Shown here: one piece after another, positions 30,722 to 40,503 of the stretch
How positions within the stretch are numbered: the stretch's first letter is position 1
Layout of the letters: every line of letters begins with the position of its first letter
DNA from: Candidatus Latescibacterota bacterium
Lineage (GTDB): Bacteria; Latescibacterota; UBA2968; GCA-2709665
Assembly (NCBI GenBank): GCA_965219995.1
Contig: CBDCOX010000002.1
Span: forward strand, 1,344,001 to 1,408,000
Length of the DNA stretch: 64,000 bases
Reading direction: 5' to 3'
Made by a program: the position numbers and the translations under genes
Notes under the pieces: generated by a model
What the model saw: the letters and a program-made list of their open reading frames with translations, nothing else
Database searches by the model: none
What the model was told of the DNA's origin: nothing

Positions 30722-31861
30722 ATGTCCACAACAACCGACGCCTTTGATCTGCTGATTACGGCCGGCCGCGTCTTCTGCGCCGAGACCGGCCTGGACGGGC
30801 CGGGCGCCGTGGCCGTACGCGGCGACCGCATTGTCGCCTCGGGCCCGGGCGTAAGCGGCGCAGCGTCCCGCACCCTCGACTTTCCGGATGCCCTGCTTCT
30901 GCCGGGGCTGGTGGATATGCACGCGCATCCGTCTCGCGGCGGCTCCCGGTTCGGCGTCGATCCGGACGTGCACTTTCTCCCGCGCGGCGTCACCACCTGC
31001 ATGTCGCAGGGAGACGCCGGCGCCCTCAACTGGCCCGCCTACCGGGACGCGGTCGTCCGCGGATGCCGCACCCGGGTGAGGCTGGCCCTGCACCTCTCGA
31101 AGACCGGCGAAACGCCGCCGGATCACTGCTTCGAGCAGCTCGAGAACGCCGACGTCGACCTCTGCGTGGATACTCTCGCGGCTGGTGGAGGCGATATCTG
31201 GGGCATCGCGTTCAACACCGTACTCGAACCCAGGCTCGCCCACGACCCGAAGGAGATTATGCGCCGCGGCGTGGAGGCCGCTGAACGCAGCGGGCGCCCC
31301 ATCCTCTACGGGCCGCGCTTCAACGTGGACTTTCCGCTCGCGGAACAGCTGGCGTACCTGAGGGCGGGGGACGTTTTCACCTATACGTTCAGCCCCCGCC
31401 CGGACAATATCATCGAGGGCGGCAAGGTGCGGCGGGCCGTCCGGGAGGCCAGGGACCGGGGCGTCCTGTTCGACGGATGCCACGGGGCGCAGTCGTTCAG
31501 CTTCGCCCACGCGGAACCGGCCATCGCGGAAGGATTCTACCCCGACACGATTTCCACCGACCAGTACATTGCACACGTCGGCGCCGATCCGCCGCACCAC
31601 CTCCCGAGGACTATGTCGAAGTACATCGCCGCCGGCATGCCCGAAGCGGAAGTCTTCGCGCGGGCGACGGCTAGGCCCGCCGAGTTGCTGGGCCTGGCGG
31701 GAGAGGTCGGCACACTTGCACAGGGCGCATGTGCCGACCTGGCCGTCCTCCAGTGGAACCCCGACGGACGTCTGATCGACGTGCAGGGCGCGGAACGCCG
31801 CGGGGGATCCTGGGAACCGCTGGCCACCTTGAAATCGGGCGAGTTTGTGTCGACCGGATGA
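30722..31861 (+). CDS. Metal-dependent amidohydrolase (dihydroorotase/deacetylase-like)
   Basis: LPGLVDMHAH, RGVTT...GDAG, DGCHG.SF, DTISTD, ATARPAELLG, ADLAVL. Confidence 0.88.
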   Translation: MSTTTDAFDLLITAGRVFCAETGLDGPGAVAVRGDRIVASGPGVSGAASRTLDFPDALLLPGLVDMHAHPSRGGSRFGVDPDVHFLPRGVTTCMSQGDAGALNWPAYRDAVVRGCRTRVRLALHLSKTGETPPDHCFEQLENADVDLCVDTLAAGGGDIWGIAFNTVLEPRLAHDPKEIMRRGVEAAERSGRPILYGPRFNVDFPLAEQLAYLRAGDVFTYTFSPRPDNIIEGGKVRRAVREARDRGVLFDGCHGAQSFSFAHAEPAIAEGFYPDTISTDQYIAHVGADPPHHLPRTMSKYIAAGMPEAEVFARATARPAELLGLAGEVGTLAQGACADLAVLQWNPDGRLIDVQGAERRGGSWEPLATLKSGEFVSTG

Positions 31862-32068
31862 ACTGGATGATTCAATATACTTCCCCGGTAAATATGCCGT
31901 TGAAGGGGATGATTGCCTTGGCGAACGATACTGCCAAAATTTTCATGTCGACGCTTGAATTTCCCGCGGGCGCCAGATCCGGATTCGGTCTCTGCCTTCC
32001 ATCCGAAAGCGAATTGTCGCGTCCACAAGACCCGCATGTCAAATCCTATCGATCGGAGGAAACCCACT

Positions 32069-33019
32069 GTGAGTCAGGAAGTGATTATGGTCGTCGGTTT
32101 TTTGCTCGGCGCCTATTCTATCGTAGGAAACGACGCGATCCAGACCCTCGGCACCTTTCTCAGTTCGAACGCGAGACGCCCGTGGTGGGTACTCTGGATC
32201 TTCGCCTGCAGTATTCTGGTGTTGGTACTCGTGTACGGATGGTGGGTCCACGACGACGTCTCCTACGGCAGGCTGGAGAAAATCCCCGAACCCGAACAGT
32301 GGACGTGGATCTACTGCGTCCCTCCGTTCGTTCTGCTCCTGCTGACCCGTTGGGGCATCCCGGTGAGCACCACGTTTCTGACCCTGACGATCTTCGCCCC
32401 GAAGGCACTGCCGAGCATGCTGATCAAATCGCTGGCCGGGTACGCGACCGCCTTCATTGCGGCCATCCTGATCTATCGATGGGTCACCCGCGGGCTCGAG
32501 TCCCGATTTCACAAAACGGAGGGTCCCACGAGCGGCTGGTGGGTCGTCGCGCAATGGTGTTCGACCGGTTTTCTATGGAGCCAATGGCTGATACAGGACC
32601 TGGCAAACATCTTCGTCTTCCTTCCACGCAGCCTCAGTGCGGAATGGTTCTTCTCGGCGGTCGTCGTCATGCTGGCCCTGCATGCCATTATCTTCTACAA
32701 CCACGGTGGCGCAATCCAGAAGGTGGTCCTGACCAAGACGAACACCACCGACATCCGGTCTGCCACATTCGTTGACCTGATCTACGGCATTGTGCTGTTC
32801 CTGTTCAAGGAGGTATCAAAGCTTCCGATGAGTACAACGTGGGTCTTCGTCGGCCTTCTGGCAGGACGCGAGATCGCGGTCTCATGGAACCAGCGGCACC
32901 GGGGACGCAAGGAAGTGACTCGGCTGGTGGCAACGGATTTCGCCAAGATCACGGGCGGACTGCTCGTCAGTATCGGTCTCGCCTACCTCCTGCCCGAACT
33001 ACAGGCGATGTTCGGTTGA
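32069..33019 (+). CDS. Multi-pass membrane protein, phosphate/sulfate permease (PiT)-like
   Basis: GTG after GGAGG. AYSIVGNDAIQTLGTF, GIPVSTTFL, QDLANI, PMSTTWVFVGLLAGRE. Confidence 0.75.
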   Translation: MSQEVIMVVGFLLGAYSIVGNDAIQTLGTFLSSNARRPWWVLWIFACSILVLVLVYGWWVHDDVSYGRLEKIPEPEQWTWIYCVPPFVLLLLTRWGIPVSTTFLTLTIFAPKALPSMLIKSLAGYATAFIAAILIYRWVTRGLESRFHKTEGPTSGWWVVAQWCSTGFLWSQWLIQDLANIFVFLPRSLSAEWFFSAVVVMLALHAIIFYNHGGAIQKVVLTKTNTTDIRSATFVDLIYGIVLFLFKEVSKLPMSTTWVFVGLLAGREIAVSWNQRHRGRKEVTRLVATDFAKITGGLLVSIGLAYLLPELQAMFG

Positions 33020-33065
33020 TGGACGGCAGGTTGATTCGGGCCCGGATAGTAAAGGGAGAATTTGC

Positions 33066-34355
33066 ATGAGATACCATGCACCGAGGACAGACGCGCAAAT
33101 CGAGGCCGCCTTCACGCAGGCCTCCGAACAGTACGCGGCCCTTGGCGTGGACGCACGGGCAGCGGTGGATAGGGCGCTGGATGTGCCCATCTCGCTTCAC
33201 TGCTGGCAGGCCGACGACGTGGCGGGGTTCGAGACGAAGGATGAAGCCGTGGAAGGCGGCGGCATCATGGCCACCGGGAACTATCCGGGCAGGGCGCGAA
33301 ACGGCGAGGAGCTTCGAGCCGACCTGAAGCAGGTCATCCGCCTGTTGCCCGGCCGGCACCGCGCGAACGTCCACGCGTCCTACGGCGATACGGGCGGCAA
33401 GGTCGTGGACCGGGACCTCCTGGAACCCGAACACTTCGCCGGATGGATCGCCTGGGCAATAGAAAATGACGTCGGGCTGGACTTCAACCCCACGTATTTC
33501 GCCCATCCGAAGGCGAACGACGGGCACACCCTGGCCCATCCTCACAAAGACATACGAGAATTCTGGATCCGGCACGGCGTTGCCAGCCGGAGAATCGCCG
33601 AGGCTATGGGCACCGCGCTGGGCGACGAGTGCGTGAATAACCACTGGATCCCCGACGGGGCCAAAGACCATCCCGCGGACCGTCACGGGCCACGCGAACG
33701 CCTCGTGGCGTCGCTCGACGCCGTCCTGGACCCCGGGCTGGGCATCGGGCCGGCCTGCGTGGACGCCGTCGAGGGCAAGCTCTTCGGCCTGGGCGTGGAA
33801 GACTACACGGTGGGCTCCAACGACTTCTACGCGAACTACGCCCTGTCGCGGGGCGCCGTCCTCTGCCTGGACATGGGCCACTTCCACCCGACCGAATCCA
33901 TCGCCGACAAGATCTCCGCGCACCTCCCCTTCCACGAGAAGCTGCTCATCCACACCAGCCGGCCCATCCGCTGGGACTCGGACCACGTCGTACTCTTCGG
34001 CGACGACGTACGAAACGTCTTTCTGGAAGTGGTGCGATGCGGGGCGCTGGACCGCGTGTACGTGGCGCTGGACTTCTTCGACGCCAGCATCAACCGCGTC
34101 GGCGCGTACGTGATCGGCACCCGCGCGACGCGGAAAGCCATCCTCTTCGCGCTGCTGGATCCTACGGAAAGTCTAAAGGAACTGGAACGGGAAGGGAAGC
34201 TGGCGCAGAAACTCGGCCTGATGGAAGACATGAAAACCATGCCGTTTGCCGCAGTCTGGGACATGGCCTGCCTGAAATCCGGCGTCCCCCCCGGCGCCGC
34301 GTGGATTCCCGAAATGGAAGCCTACGAAGAACAGGTTTTGTCACTGCGGGGATAA
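33066..34355 (+). CDS. rhaA: L-rhamnose isomerase
   Basis: ISLHCWQADDV, TGNYPGRAR, LDFNPT, WIPDG, EGKLFGLG, DMGHFHPTE, SRPIRWDSDHVV, LDFFDASINR. Confidence 0.96.
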   Translation: MRYHAPRTDAQIEAAFTQASEQYAALGVDARAAVDRALDVPISLHCWQADDVAGFETKDEAVEGGGIMATGNYPGRARNGEELRADLKQVIRLLPGRHRANVHASYGDTGGKVVDRDLLEPEHFAGWIAWAIENDVGLDFNPTYFAHPKANDGHTLAHPHKDIREFWIRHGVASRRIAEAMGTALGDECVNNHWIPDGAKDHPADRHGPRERLVASLDAVLDPGLGIGPACVDAVEGKLFGLGVEDYTVGSNDFYANYALSRGAVLCLDMGHFHPTESIADKISAHLPFHEKLLIHTSRPIRWDSDHVVLFGDDVRNVFLEVVRCGALDRVYVALDFFDASINRVGAYVIGTRATRKAILFALLDPTESLKELEREGKLAQKLGLMEDMKTMPFAAVWDMACLKSGVPPGAAWIPEMEAYEEQVLSLRG

Positions 34356-34362
34356 AGAAAAT

Positions 34363-34400
34363 CGCGGATCGGCGTGTGTAACAACCCACACCGGTCCGCG
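34363..34400. terminator. Imperfect hairpin between convergent rhaA and hicB
   Basis: CGCGGATCGGCGTG...CACACCGGTCCGCG, with G-U pairs and a mismatch. Confidence 0.45.
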
Positions 34401-34463
34401 TTCCCTATCGGCTTTGATTCTCTTGAACACCCTACCGAATCAACCGGAAATCCCTTCCTTAAG

Positions 34464-34652
34464 TTACTTTCCGCTGATTTCCGTTTCGAGCTCGTCGAAA
34501 TATAACCTGATCGCTTCGGCGACCAGGTCACGCACCTCGTCCTTCGTCTCTCCCGCCACGCCAATCCCCGGAAGTTCCGGTACATACGCCCCGTAGGATC
34601 CGGGGCCGTCATTCTCTACGATGACCAGATATTCAGCCTGGGGCGTCTTCAT
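34464..34652 (-). CDS. hicB: HicB-like antitoxin (orphan; no hicA seen)
   Basis: YLVIVE...YGAYVPELPGIGVAGETKDEVRDLVAEAIRLY. Confidence 0.85.
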   Translation of the reverse strand: MKTPQAEYLVIVENDGPGSYGAYVPELPGIGVAGETKDEVRDLVAEAIRLYFDELETEISGK

Positions 34653-34787
34653 TTTCTGTGTTGTTCTCGTTCAAACCGGCGTTGATCGAACCATTCTTCC
34701 AAGCGATTGGTCTGTGTGTGCAGGATTCTATCCCGCGTTTTCGGTCGGAAGTAAGCGAACAAATGGTCATACGTAGCGTGACCTGCT

Positions 34788-37700
34788 TCAGGTGCCAACC
34801 GAATTGTAAGCGAGGTTGAACACGATGTCGGTCATCAAACGCTTGAAGTCCTTGTCGTCCATATACCGCTTGAACAGTTCGGTGTCATCCTTCATCACTC
34901 CGGTCATCACGCGCAGCAGCGCCTTGTCGTGCTCGATCCGCGCATTCTGCCGGTCGGAGTTCACCCTGGCGTTTCGGAACGCGGTGTCGGCGGCCACGCG
35001 GGCGGGAATGGTTTCAATGATGAGCTGTTCCACGCGGTCGCGATCTTCCCATTGAATATCACCGAAGTGTTCGTTGAAGTCCCGAAGTATGTTGGAAAGC
35101 CGGTCCAATTCCAGCTCCGGTTGATGTCCTCCACCCGCCGCCGGTACCGGATCGATCTCCGCATCCTCGTCCGGCAACAGGATATGTTGCATCGCCCGCT
35201 TCTCGACCCGGTAGCTGTCCAGATCGATCGCATCGAGGATCCCTTTGGAAAGGTCCTCCTCCTCGGGAGCGGGTAACTTCGGGACCAGGAAGTTGAGGAA
35301 AATCGAACGCTTTTCCCATTCCGCATCGTTGTATGGAAGAATGGATGAAAGAAAGGCGTAGGTCCGCACGAAAGCCTTGGCCCTGCCCTTGAACGCGACT
35401 TGGCCGTCTTCGTCCAGATCGCTTCGATAGACCGCAACACAAGCATCCAGGATTGGATCGAGACGGTCGCGCTCGGCCCCTTCCAGGTAGAGCTGCACAA
35501 ATTCGTCAATCTGCACATCCGAATAGACCTGTGCGCCGTCCAGGTCCGCCTGCAGGTCATGGAGCTTGTTCGGGTCGGTCTCGTCGGCCAGAATCGTCGT
35601 CCGGTAGAAGTCTGCGAAAGCGTCGCGGATGGTGTCCGTATCGTTAAGAAAATCAAGTACGAACACATCGTGCTTCTTCGGCTGAGCGCGGTTCAGGCGG
35701 GAAAGCGTCTGCACGGCCTTGATGCCGGACAGCGTCTTGTCCACGTACATCGTGTGCAGCAGGGGCTCGTCATAGCCGGTCTGAAACTTGTCCGCGCAGA
35801 CCAGGAACCGGTAAGGGTCCTCCCGGAATCGCCCGGCGATCTGCGTCGAGGGCAGGCCGTTCAGAGACGCCTCGCTGACCTTCCCACCGCCGTATTCGTG
35901 CTCCCCTGAGAAGGCAACCAGAGCCTGGTACTGGCTTTTCCGCTCCTTTAGATAGTTTCGGATCGCGTGATAGTACTGAATCGCGCGCTCAATGCCGTTT
36001 GTAACGACCATAGCCCGCGCCGATCCGCCGATCTTTCCCTGCTTCAACACCTGGTCGTGGAAGTGGTCGACCATGATCTCGGCCTTGAGCCGAATCGCGT
36101 GGTCGCTTCCTTCAACGAACCGACGCAGCTTCCTCTGTGCTTTCCGGATGTCGAACTCGGGGTCGTCTTCAACTGTCTTGGCGAGCTTGTAGTAGCTGTT
36201 CACGGGCGTGTAATGGGCGAGAACGTCGAGGATGAATCCTTCCTGAATGGCCTGCTTCATGGTGTAGCTATGGAAGGCCCGATGGCTCACCGTACCGTCG
36301 GGCTGCGGGTCCGGCGCGCCGAAGATCTCGAGCGTCTTGTTCTTGGGCGTGGCGGTAAACGCGAAATAACTGGCGTTGGGCAACAGTTTCCGCGACTCCA
36401 TCAGGCGGTTGATCCGGTCCTCGAAGGTATCCTGATCGTCATCTTCTCCCGCTTCCGACAGCGCCTGCGCCATGGCCGCGCTGGTGCGTCCCCCCTGGCT
36501 TGAATGGGCTTCGTCGATGATGATGGCGAAGCGCTTGCCCCGCTGTTCGTTCCCGATCTCGTCCAGGATGAACGGAAACTTCTGGACCGTGGAAATGATG
36601 ATCTTCTTTCCGCTTTCGATGAAACGGCGTAGATCTCCCGAGGCGTCTGCGTGCCCTACCGTCGCCGCCACCTGGGCGTACTGTTTGATGGTGTCGCGGA
36701 TCTGCCGGTCCAGGATGAGCCTGTCCGTGACGACGATGATCGAATCGAAGACAGGAGCGTCGTCCTTCTCCAACCCGATCAACTGGTGGGCGAGCCAGGC
36801 GATCGAGTTGCTCTTCCCACTGCCGGCGGAATGTTGGATCAGGTAGCGCTGCCCGGCGCCTCGTGCGGCCGCATCGTCCAGCAGGCGTCGTACCGCGTCG
36901 AGTTGATGGAAGCGCGGCCAGACCTGGGTCCTTCGGTTCTTACCGCTCTTCTCGTCCTTCGATGCCACCACTTGCGCGTAGTTCTCGAGGATGTTCGCCA
37001 GACTCTCGCGAGTGAGAACTTCCCGCCATAGATAGGCGACCGCGAGACCGTTCGGGTTGGGCGGATTGCCCGCGCCGTCGTTCCAGCCGCGGTTAAAGGG
37101 AAGAAACCACGACGCCTTCCCCTTCAGGTCCGTGCAAAAACGCACCTCACGCTCGTCCAGCGCGAAGTGCGCGATACACCGCCCGAATCCAAACAGCTTT
37201 TCTCGCGGGTTCCGGTCTTTTCGATATTGCCAGACTGCATCGTCCACCGTCTGTTTGGTGAGGCTGTTTTTCAATTCGAACGTGAACACGGGCATCCCGT
37301 TGATGAACAGGCCGATGTCCAGCGCCCGCTGCGCCTCGTCCCGGCTGTAGCGAAGCTGGCGGGTGACCGTGAAGCGGTTTTGTTCGAAGCGTTCCTGCGC
37401 GCTGGGGTTGTCGGTCGAAGGCGTGCCGTAGAACAGATCCAGGTACAGCGGTCCGTGCTTGATCCCGTTGCGCAGCACGTCGATGGTGCCGCGCTTGTTG
37501 ATCTCGCCCTGCAGCCGATTCAAAAACGCGCGCCGCGTCGGTCCGTCCTCGGAAAGCGAGAGCGACTCGGTGGCTTCGGGCTGGGTTATACGCAAGAATG
37601 CCGACAGTTGCACCAGATCGACGCAATACTCCCGATCGTAATCGTGGGGATTGCCGCAACTCCAGCCAACGCCCCCATAGCCGACATGGGGTTCTGCCAC

Positions 37701-37790
37701 GGTGCCCGTGGTCGGCGGCTCGCAGGCATTGCCCGTCAAGCCGGTGCAAATCAGGCGTTCAAGTCCGCGTTCGGAGGTGTCGGTGGGCAT
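34788..37790 (-). CDS. hsdR: Type I restriction enzyme subunit R
   Basis: LDIGLFINGMPVFTFELKN nuclease motif, HSAGSGKS, DEAH, FTATPK, KFQTGYDEP, QTLSRLNR. Confidence 0.96.
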   Translation of the reverse strand: MPTDTSERGLERLICTGLTGNACEPPTTGTVAEPHVGYGGVGWSCGNPHDYDREYCVDLVQLSAFLRITQPEATESLSLSEDGPTRRAFLNRLQGEINKRGTIDVLRNGIKHGPLYLDLFYGTPSTDNPSAQERFEQNRFTVTRQLRYSRDEAQRALDIGLFINGMPVFTFELKNSLTKQTVDDAVWQYRKDRNPREKLFGFGRCIAHFALDEREVRFCTDLKGKASWFLPFNRGWNDGAGNPPNPNGLAVAYLWREVLTRESLANILENYAQVVASKDEKSGKNRRTQVWPRFHQLDAVRRLLDDAAARGAGQRYLIQHSAGSGKSNSIAWLAHQLIGLEKDDAPVFDSIIVVTDRLILDRQIRDTIKQYAQVAATVGHADASGDLRRFIESGKKIIISTVQKFPFILDEIGNEQRGKRFAIIIDEAHSSQGGRTSAAMAQALSEAGEDDDQDTFEDRINRLMESRKLLPNASYFAFTATPKNKTLEIFGAPDPQPDGTVSHRAFHSYTMKQAIQEGFILDVLAHYTPVNSYYKLAKTVEDDPEFDIRKAQRKLRRFVEGSDHAIRLKAEIMVDHFHDQVLKQGKIGGSARAMVVTNGIERAIQYYHAIRNYLKERKSQYQALVAFSGEHEYGGGKVSEASLNGLPSTQIAGRFREDPYRFLVCADKFQTGYDEPLLHTMYVDKTLSGIKAVQTLSRLNRAQPKKHDVFVLDFLNDTDTIRDAFADFYRTTILADETDPNKLHDLQADLDGAQVYSDVQIDEFVQLYLEGAERDRLDPILDACVAVYRSDLDEDGQVAFKGRAKAFVRTYAFLSSILPYNDAEWEKRSIFLNFLVPKLPAPEEEDLSKGILDAIDLDSYRVEKRAMQHILLPDEDAEIDPVPAAGGGHQPELELDRLSNILRDFNEHFGDIQWEDRDRVEQLIIETIPARVAADTAFRNARVNSDRQNARIEHDKALLRVMTGVMKDDTELFKRYMDDKDFKRLMTDIVFNLAYNSVGT

Positions 37791-38148
37791 GCCATCAAGT
37801 ACCCGTCAAGTAAATTGAAATCTCCAACTTGCTGAAATAACGCAAATTGTGAACTTGATCGACTCAAGGAAAGCCGATTTGACAGTAAATCATCAAGTAA
37901 ATTCCAGGATTTCGGCCCTGGTCCACCAGGGTCCGTATCGCATCTGCCTGTGGGCTGTCCTTCTCAACATTGAGTCCATTCCGACAAGTTCCGTGTTTTA
38001 CATTCCCGAAAAACGTCATATTATAACTGTATCATATGAAATACGAACAAAACCGACATAAGTTGCTGACAAATAAGGTAAGTAAATTCAGATGCTTACG
38101 AAATATACAAATTCCAAACTTATGTAGAACTTATAACATAATTGCGTT

Positions 38149-38905
38149 TTAAACTTCCTCAGGCATAATGTCAATTGGCGTGCGTCCCGGGAACCAGCGA
38201 GCGGAACTGGTGTTTCCTTTTTTGTGGATCTGTCCTTCAACCCTTAAATCCTGGATCAACCTCTGGACCTGAACATACGAAAGAGCTGGCAGTACTTGAA
38301 CGAGTTCACGTAATCGACTCCCTTCTTTCCGGTTATCTTGAATGTGCTTCAGCAACAACATCTTATTCGTCCGACGGTCCAATCCACGCTTGCGCGTGTA
38401 GACTCCCGCCTTACCGATGTGCCGGTAGAATCGCCGGGACAAAAGCAGCCGTGCGCTCCGCCCACGACCCGAGCGTACGATGATCCCCCGTTCCAGCAGA
38501 GGTTCGATCCTCGGTTTAAGGTCGTCGGAAATTGGCTGTTCGCGATGGACGAAATCGACCAATAATAGATCGTCAAGTCCAAACAAGGCGACCTGTTCCT
38601 GCCCGATCTCCTCCAAAAAGCGTAAAAACTCCGGGTCTTGAATGTCACCGCGTAATGTGAGCCATACGGTGTGCGCGTCAGTATGGGAGAAGTCTGGCAA
38701 CGGCTTACTCTGCTGAATACACTCGCGAAATATGCTGTCAAACCCCTGTCCGGCCCGTTCAACCAAACCACATTTGCCGAGAACTTCCGCGATACGGCGA
38801 TTACGTGGATTTTGTTGTCGAAGGATATTCTCAGAGGTTATGCCCGGTGGGAAACCACCAGGACTCACGATCTCAATGCGCCGAGGGTACTGGCGTCTGA
38901 TGCAG
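38149..38905 (-). pseudogene. 5'-truncated ATP-binding/RecG-C-like protein (HATPase_c_4 + wHTH; AlbA/Schlafen-type family)
   Basis: RQYPRRIEIVSPGGFPPGIT...PRNRRIAEVLGKCGLVERAGQG is normally an internal domain. Similarity starts abruptly near 38905 with no N-terminal domain. Confidence 0.75.
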
Positions 38906-39031
38906 TGATTTATACACCCTCGACGAGGGGGTGGTAGGAAAGTGCGCTTTTGGCTTGTTTAGTCCCTCTGATGCAATTCCGGATGATTTTCGAACGCAAT
39001 GAACGGCGTTTCTGACCGCGGATTTCAGAAC

Positions 39032-39454
39032 CTACACGTTCGTGTACGGGTTGATGACCCGGAGGCCGTTGTAGTCCTGTTCCGTACTCAACTCTTCGGA
39101 ATAAACGGCGTCGCAGCCCAGGGCGAGGGCCGCGGCGAGAATTGCGCCGTCCCAATAGGACAGCCCGAAACGTTGGCTGATGGCGATTGCTGCAATGAAC
39201 AAACTGAGAGTGATGTCCTGCACCGGAAAGTGACTAATGCTCTCGATGAATTGCAGCGCGTGGTCCTGGGTGATCGCTCCAGGACGGCTGGAGCGCGTAG
39301 ACTGGTGATAGAACTCCTGGAGTACCTGGACGGACAACGCAAGATCTCCCTCTTCCAGCAGCCGTTGAGCCGAACGCTGCTTGCCGGCTTCATCAGGAGC
39401 GGGGCTGGCCGCGTATATCAGAACGTTCGTATCGACAAAGCGCACGGTGCTCAC
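39032..39454 (-). CDS. vapC: PIN-domain toxin (VapC)
   Basis: FVDTNVLIYA, SVQVLQEFY, LSYWDGAILAAA, YSEEL, INPY. GTGA overlap with the antitoxin. Confidence 0.93.
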   Translation of the reverse strand: MSTVRFVDTNVLIYAASPAPDEAGKQRSAQRLLEEGDLALSVQVLQEFYHQSTRSSRPGAITQDHALQFIESISHFPVQDITLSLFIAAIAISQRFGLSYWDGAILAAALALGCDAVYSEELSTEQDYNGLRVINPYTNV

Positions 39455-39792
39455 CCGCTCTCGGGATCCTGGCGTTCGACAGCGGCCGCTGCCTCGGCTT
39501 CGGCCCTTGCCGTGGCCCGGTCGTACAGCTCCTCTCGAGACAGGTTGTCGGCGGCCCTGAATCCGGGTGAAGTGGTGCGAATTTTCTCTATGACCTCGCT
39601 CAACATCCTACGCCGACGCTTGGCCTCCGGCTCCGTGACCGTCCCGTTGTCGGCTGCGCCGCCTGCGCGGTCCGATGCCAGACTCTTCAGGTAGTCTCGC
39701 ACGAGGGCCGATACCGACGTGTCCAATTCTGCCGCACGGATGCGCGCGAGCCGATGTGTCTCTTCGTCGACGGATACGGTGATATTTCTCAT
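39451..39792 (-). CDS. Ribbon-helix-helix antitoxin (VapB-like)
   Basis: MRNITVSVDEETHRLARIRAAELDTSVSALVRDYL, LSREELYDR. Directly upstream of vapC. Confidence 0.88.
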   Translation of the reverse strand: MRNITVSVDEETHRLARIRAAELDTSVSALVRDYLKSLASDRAGGAADNGTVTEPEAKRRRRMLSEVIEKIRTTSPGFRAADNLSREELYDRATARAEAEAAAAVERQDPESG

Positions 39793-39803
39793 AGTCACAG
39801 CCT

Positions 39804-39815
39804 CACAGTTCTGTG
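39804..39815 (-). promoter_or_regulatory. TA autoregulatory operator CACAG-N2-CTGTG
   Basis: Inverted repeat immediately upstream of the antitoxin ATG. The same motif (N3 spacer) lies at 40404-40416, upstream of a paralogous antitoxin remnant. Confidence 0.6.
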
Positions 39816-39831
39816 TATCACAATATACGCA

Positions 39832-40002
39832 TTAGCCGGCCGAATACCCGCGACCGGGCGGGCGGCCATCCTGATCGGCAGTGTCAAACAGGTATCCATT
39901 GGCCAACCGGTCCCACCCCTTTTCTGCCGCCGTATCGACTGAGTGTCCGGGGAATTCCCGCCTGAGGGGCCTGGGCGTACCGTGATCAAACGGTATCTTC
40001 AA
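39832..40002 (-). pseudogene. Truncated DUF5615 PIN-like toxin
   Basis: Hand translation from TTG 40002: MKIPFDHGTPRPLRREFPGHSVDTAAEKGWDRLANGYLFDTADQDG... stops after 56 aa. Overlaps the DUF433 stop codon. Confidence 0.75.
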
Positions 40003-40234
40003 GGCTGCTCACCGGCACGGGCGCCTTCAGGGAGTCGGCCACGTATTGCAGGACGGCTCTCACCTTCCATTCGTCGACGGGCGCGAACCACTCCATGAAC
40101 TCCTCGATGGTGGCGCCGGCCTCCAGGTTCTCAAACAGGACGGATACGGGCAGTCTGGTGTCGGTGAAGAGCCAGGCGCCGCTGACCTTGCCCGGGATTC
40201 GCTCCACCCCAGGGCACTTAGACCAATCAATCAT
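39986..40234 (-). CDS. DUF433 antitoxin
   Basis: MIDWSKCPGVERIPGKVSGAWLFTDTRLPVSVLFENLEAGATIEEFMEWF. Confidence 0.9.
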   Translation of the reverse strand: MIDWSKCPGVERIPGKVSGAWLFTDTRLPVSVLFENLEAGATIEEFMEWFAPVDEWKVRAVLQYVADSLKAPVPVSSLEDTV

Positions 40235-40392
40235 ATTCTCCCGTCCTCTGCAGCTGTGTGCTCTTCCGCTGATTCTTCGGCGTCCGCCAAGCGTCTGTGG
40301 TCAAGCCGTAACGGTGAAGTGGTTTAACACAACCGTATCCGTCGTGCGAGCCGCTCGGTCAGCCCGTCGACGGATACGGTTATGTTTTTCAT
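40231..40392 (-). pseudogene. Degenerate paralog of the 39451-39792 antitoxin
   Basis: Reads MKNITVSVD-GLTERLARRIRLC*-TTSP...GRI*. The N-terminus and TTSP match the intact copy; the middle is replaced by an inverted duplication. Confidence 0.7.
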
Positions 40393-40475
40393 GGCCACAG
40401 CTTCACAGTTTCTGTGTTGTACAATTTAGCCAAGGATTGGTCGATGGGCAACAGTGCGGTCGGCGCCGGTTCCCG

Positions 40476-40503
40476 GTAGGGGCGACCGGCCGGTCGCCCC
40501 TAC
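40476..40503. repeat. GTAG-type REP palindrome
   Basis: GTAGGGGCGACCGG|CCGGTCGCCCCTAC, a perfect 28-bp palindrome that contains the hsdS stop codon. Confidence 0.8.

Noticed and set aside
33066-34355. rhaA without rhaB/rhaD as an unusual pathway
   Set aside because: Scattered sugar genes appear normal in this genome; the partners may lie outside the window.
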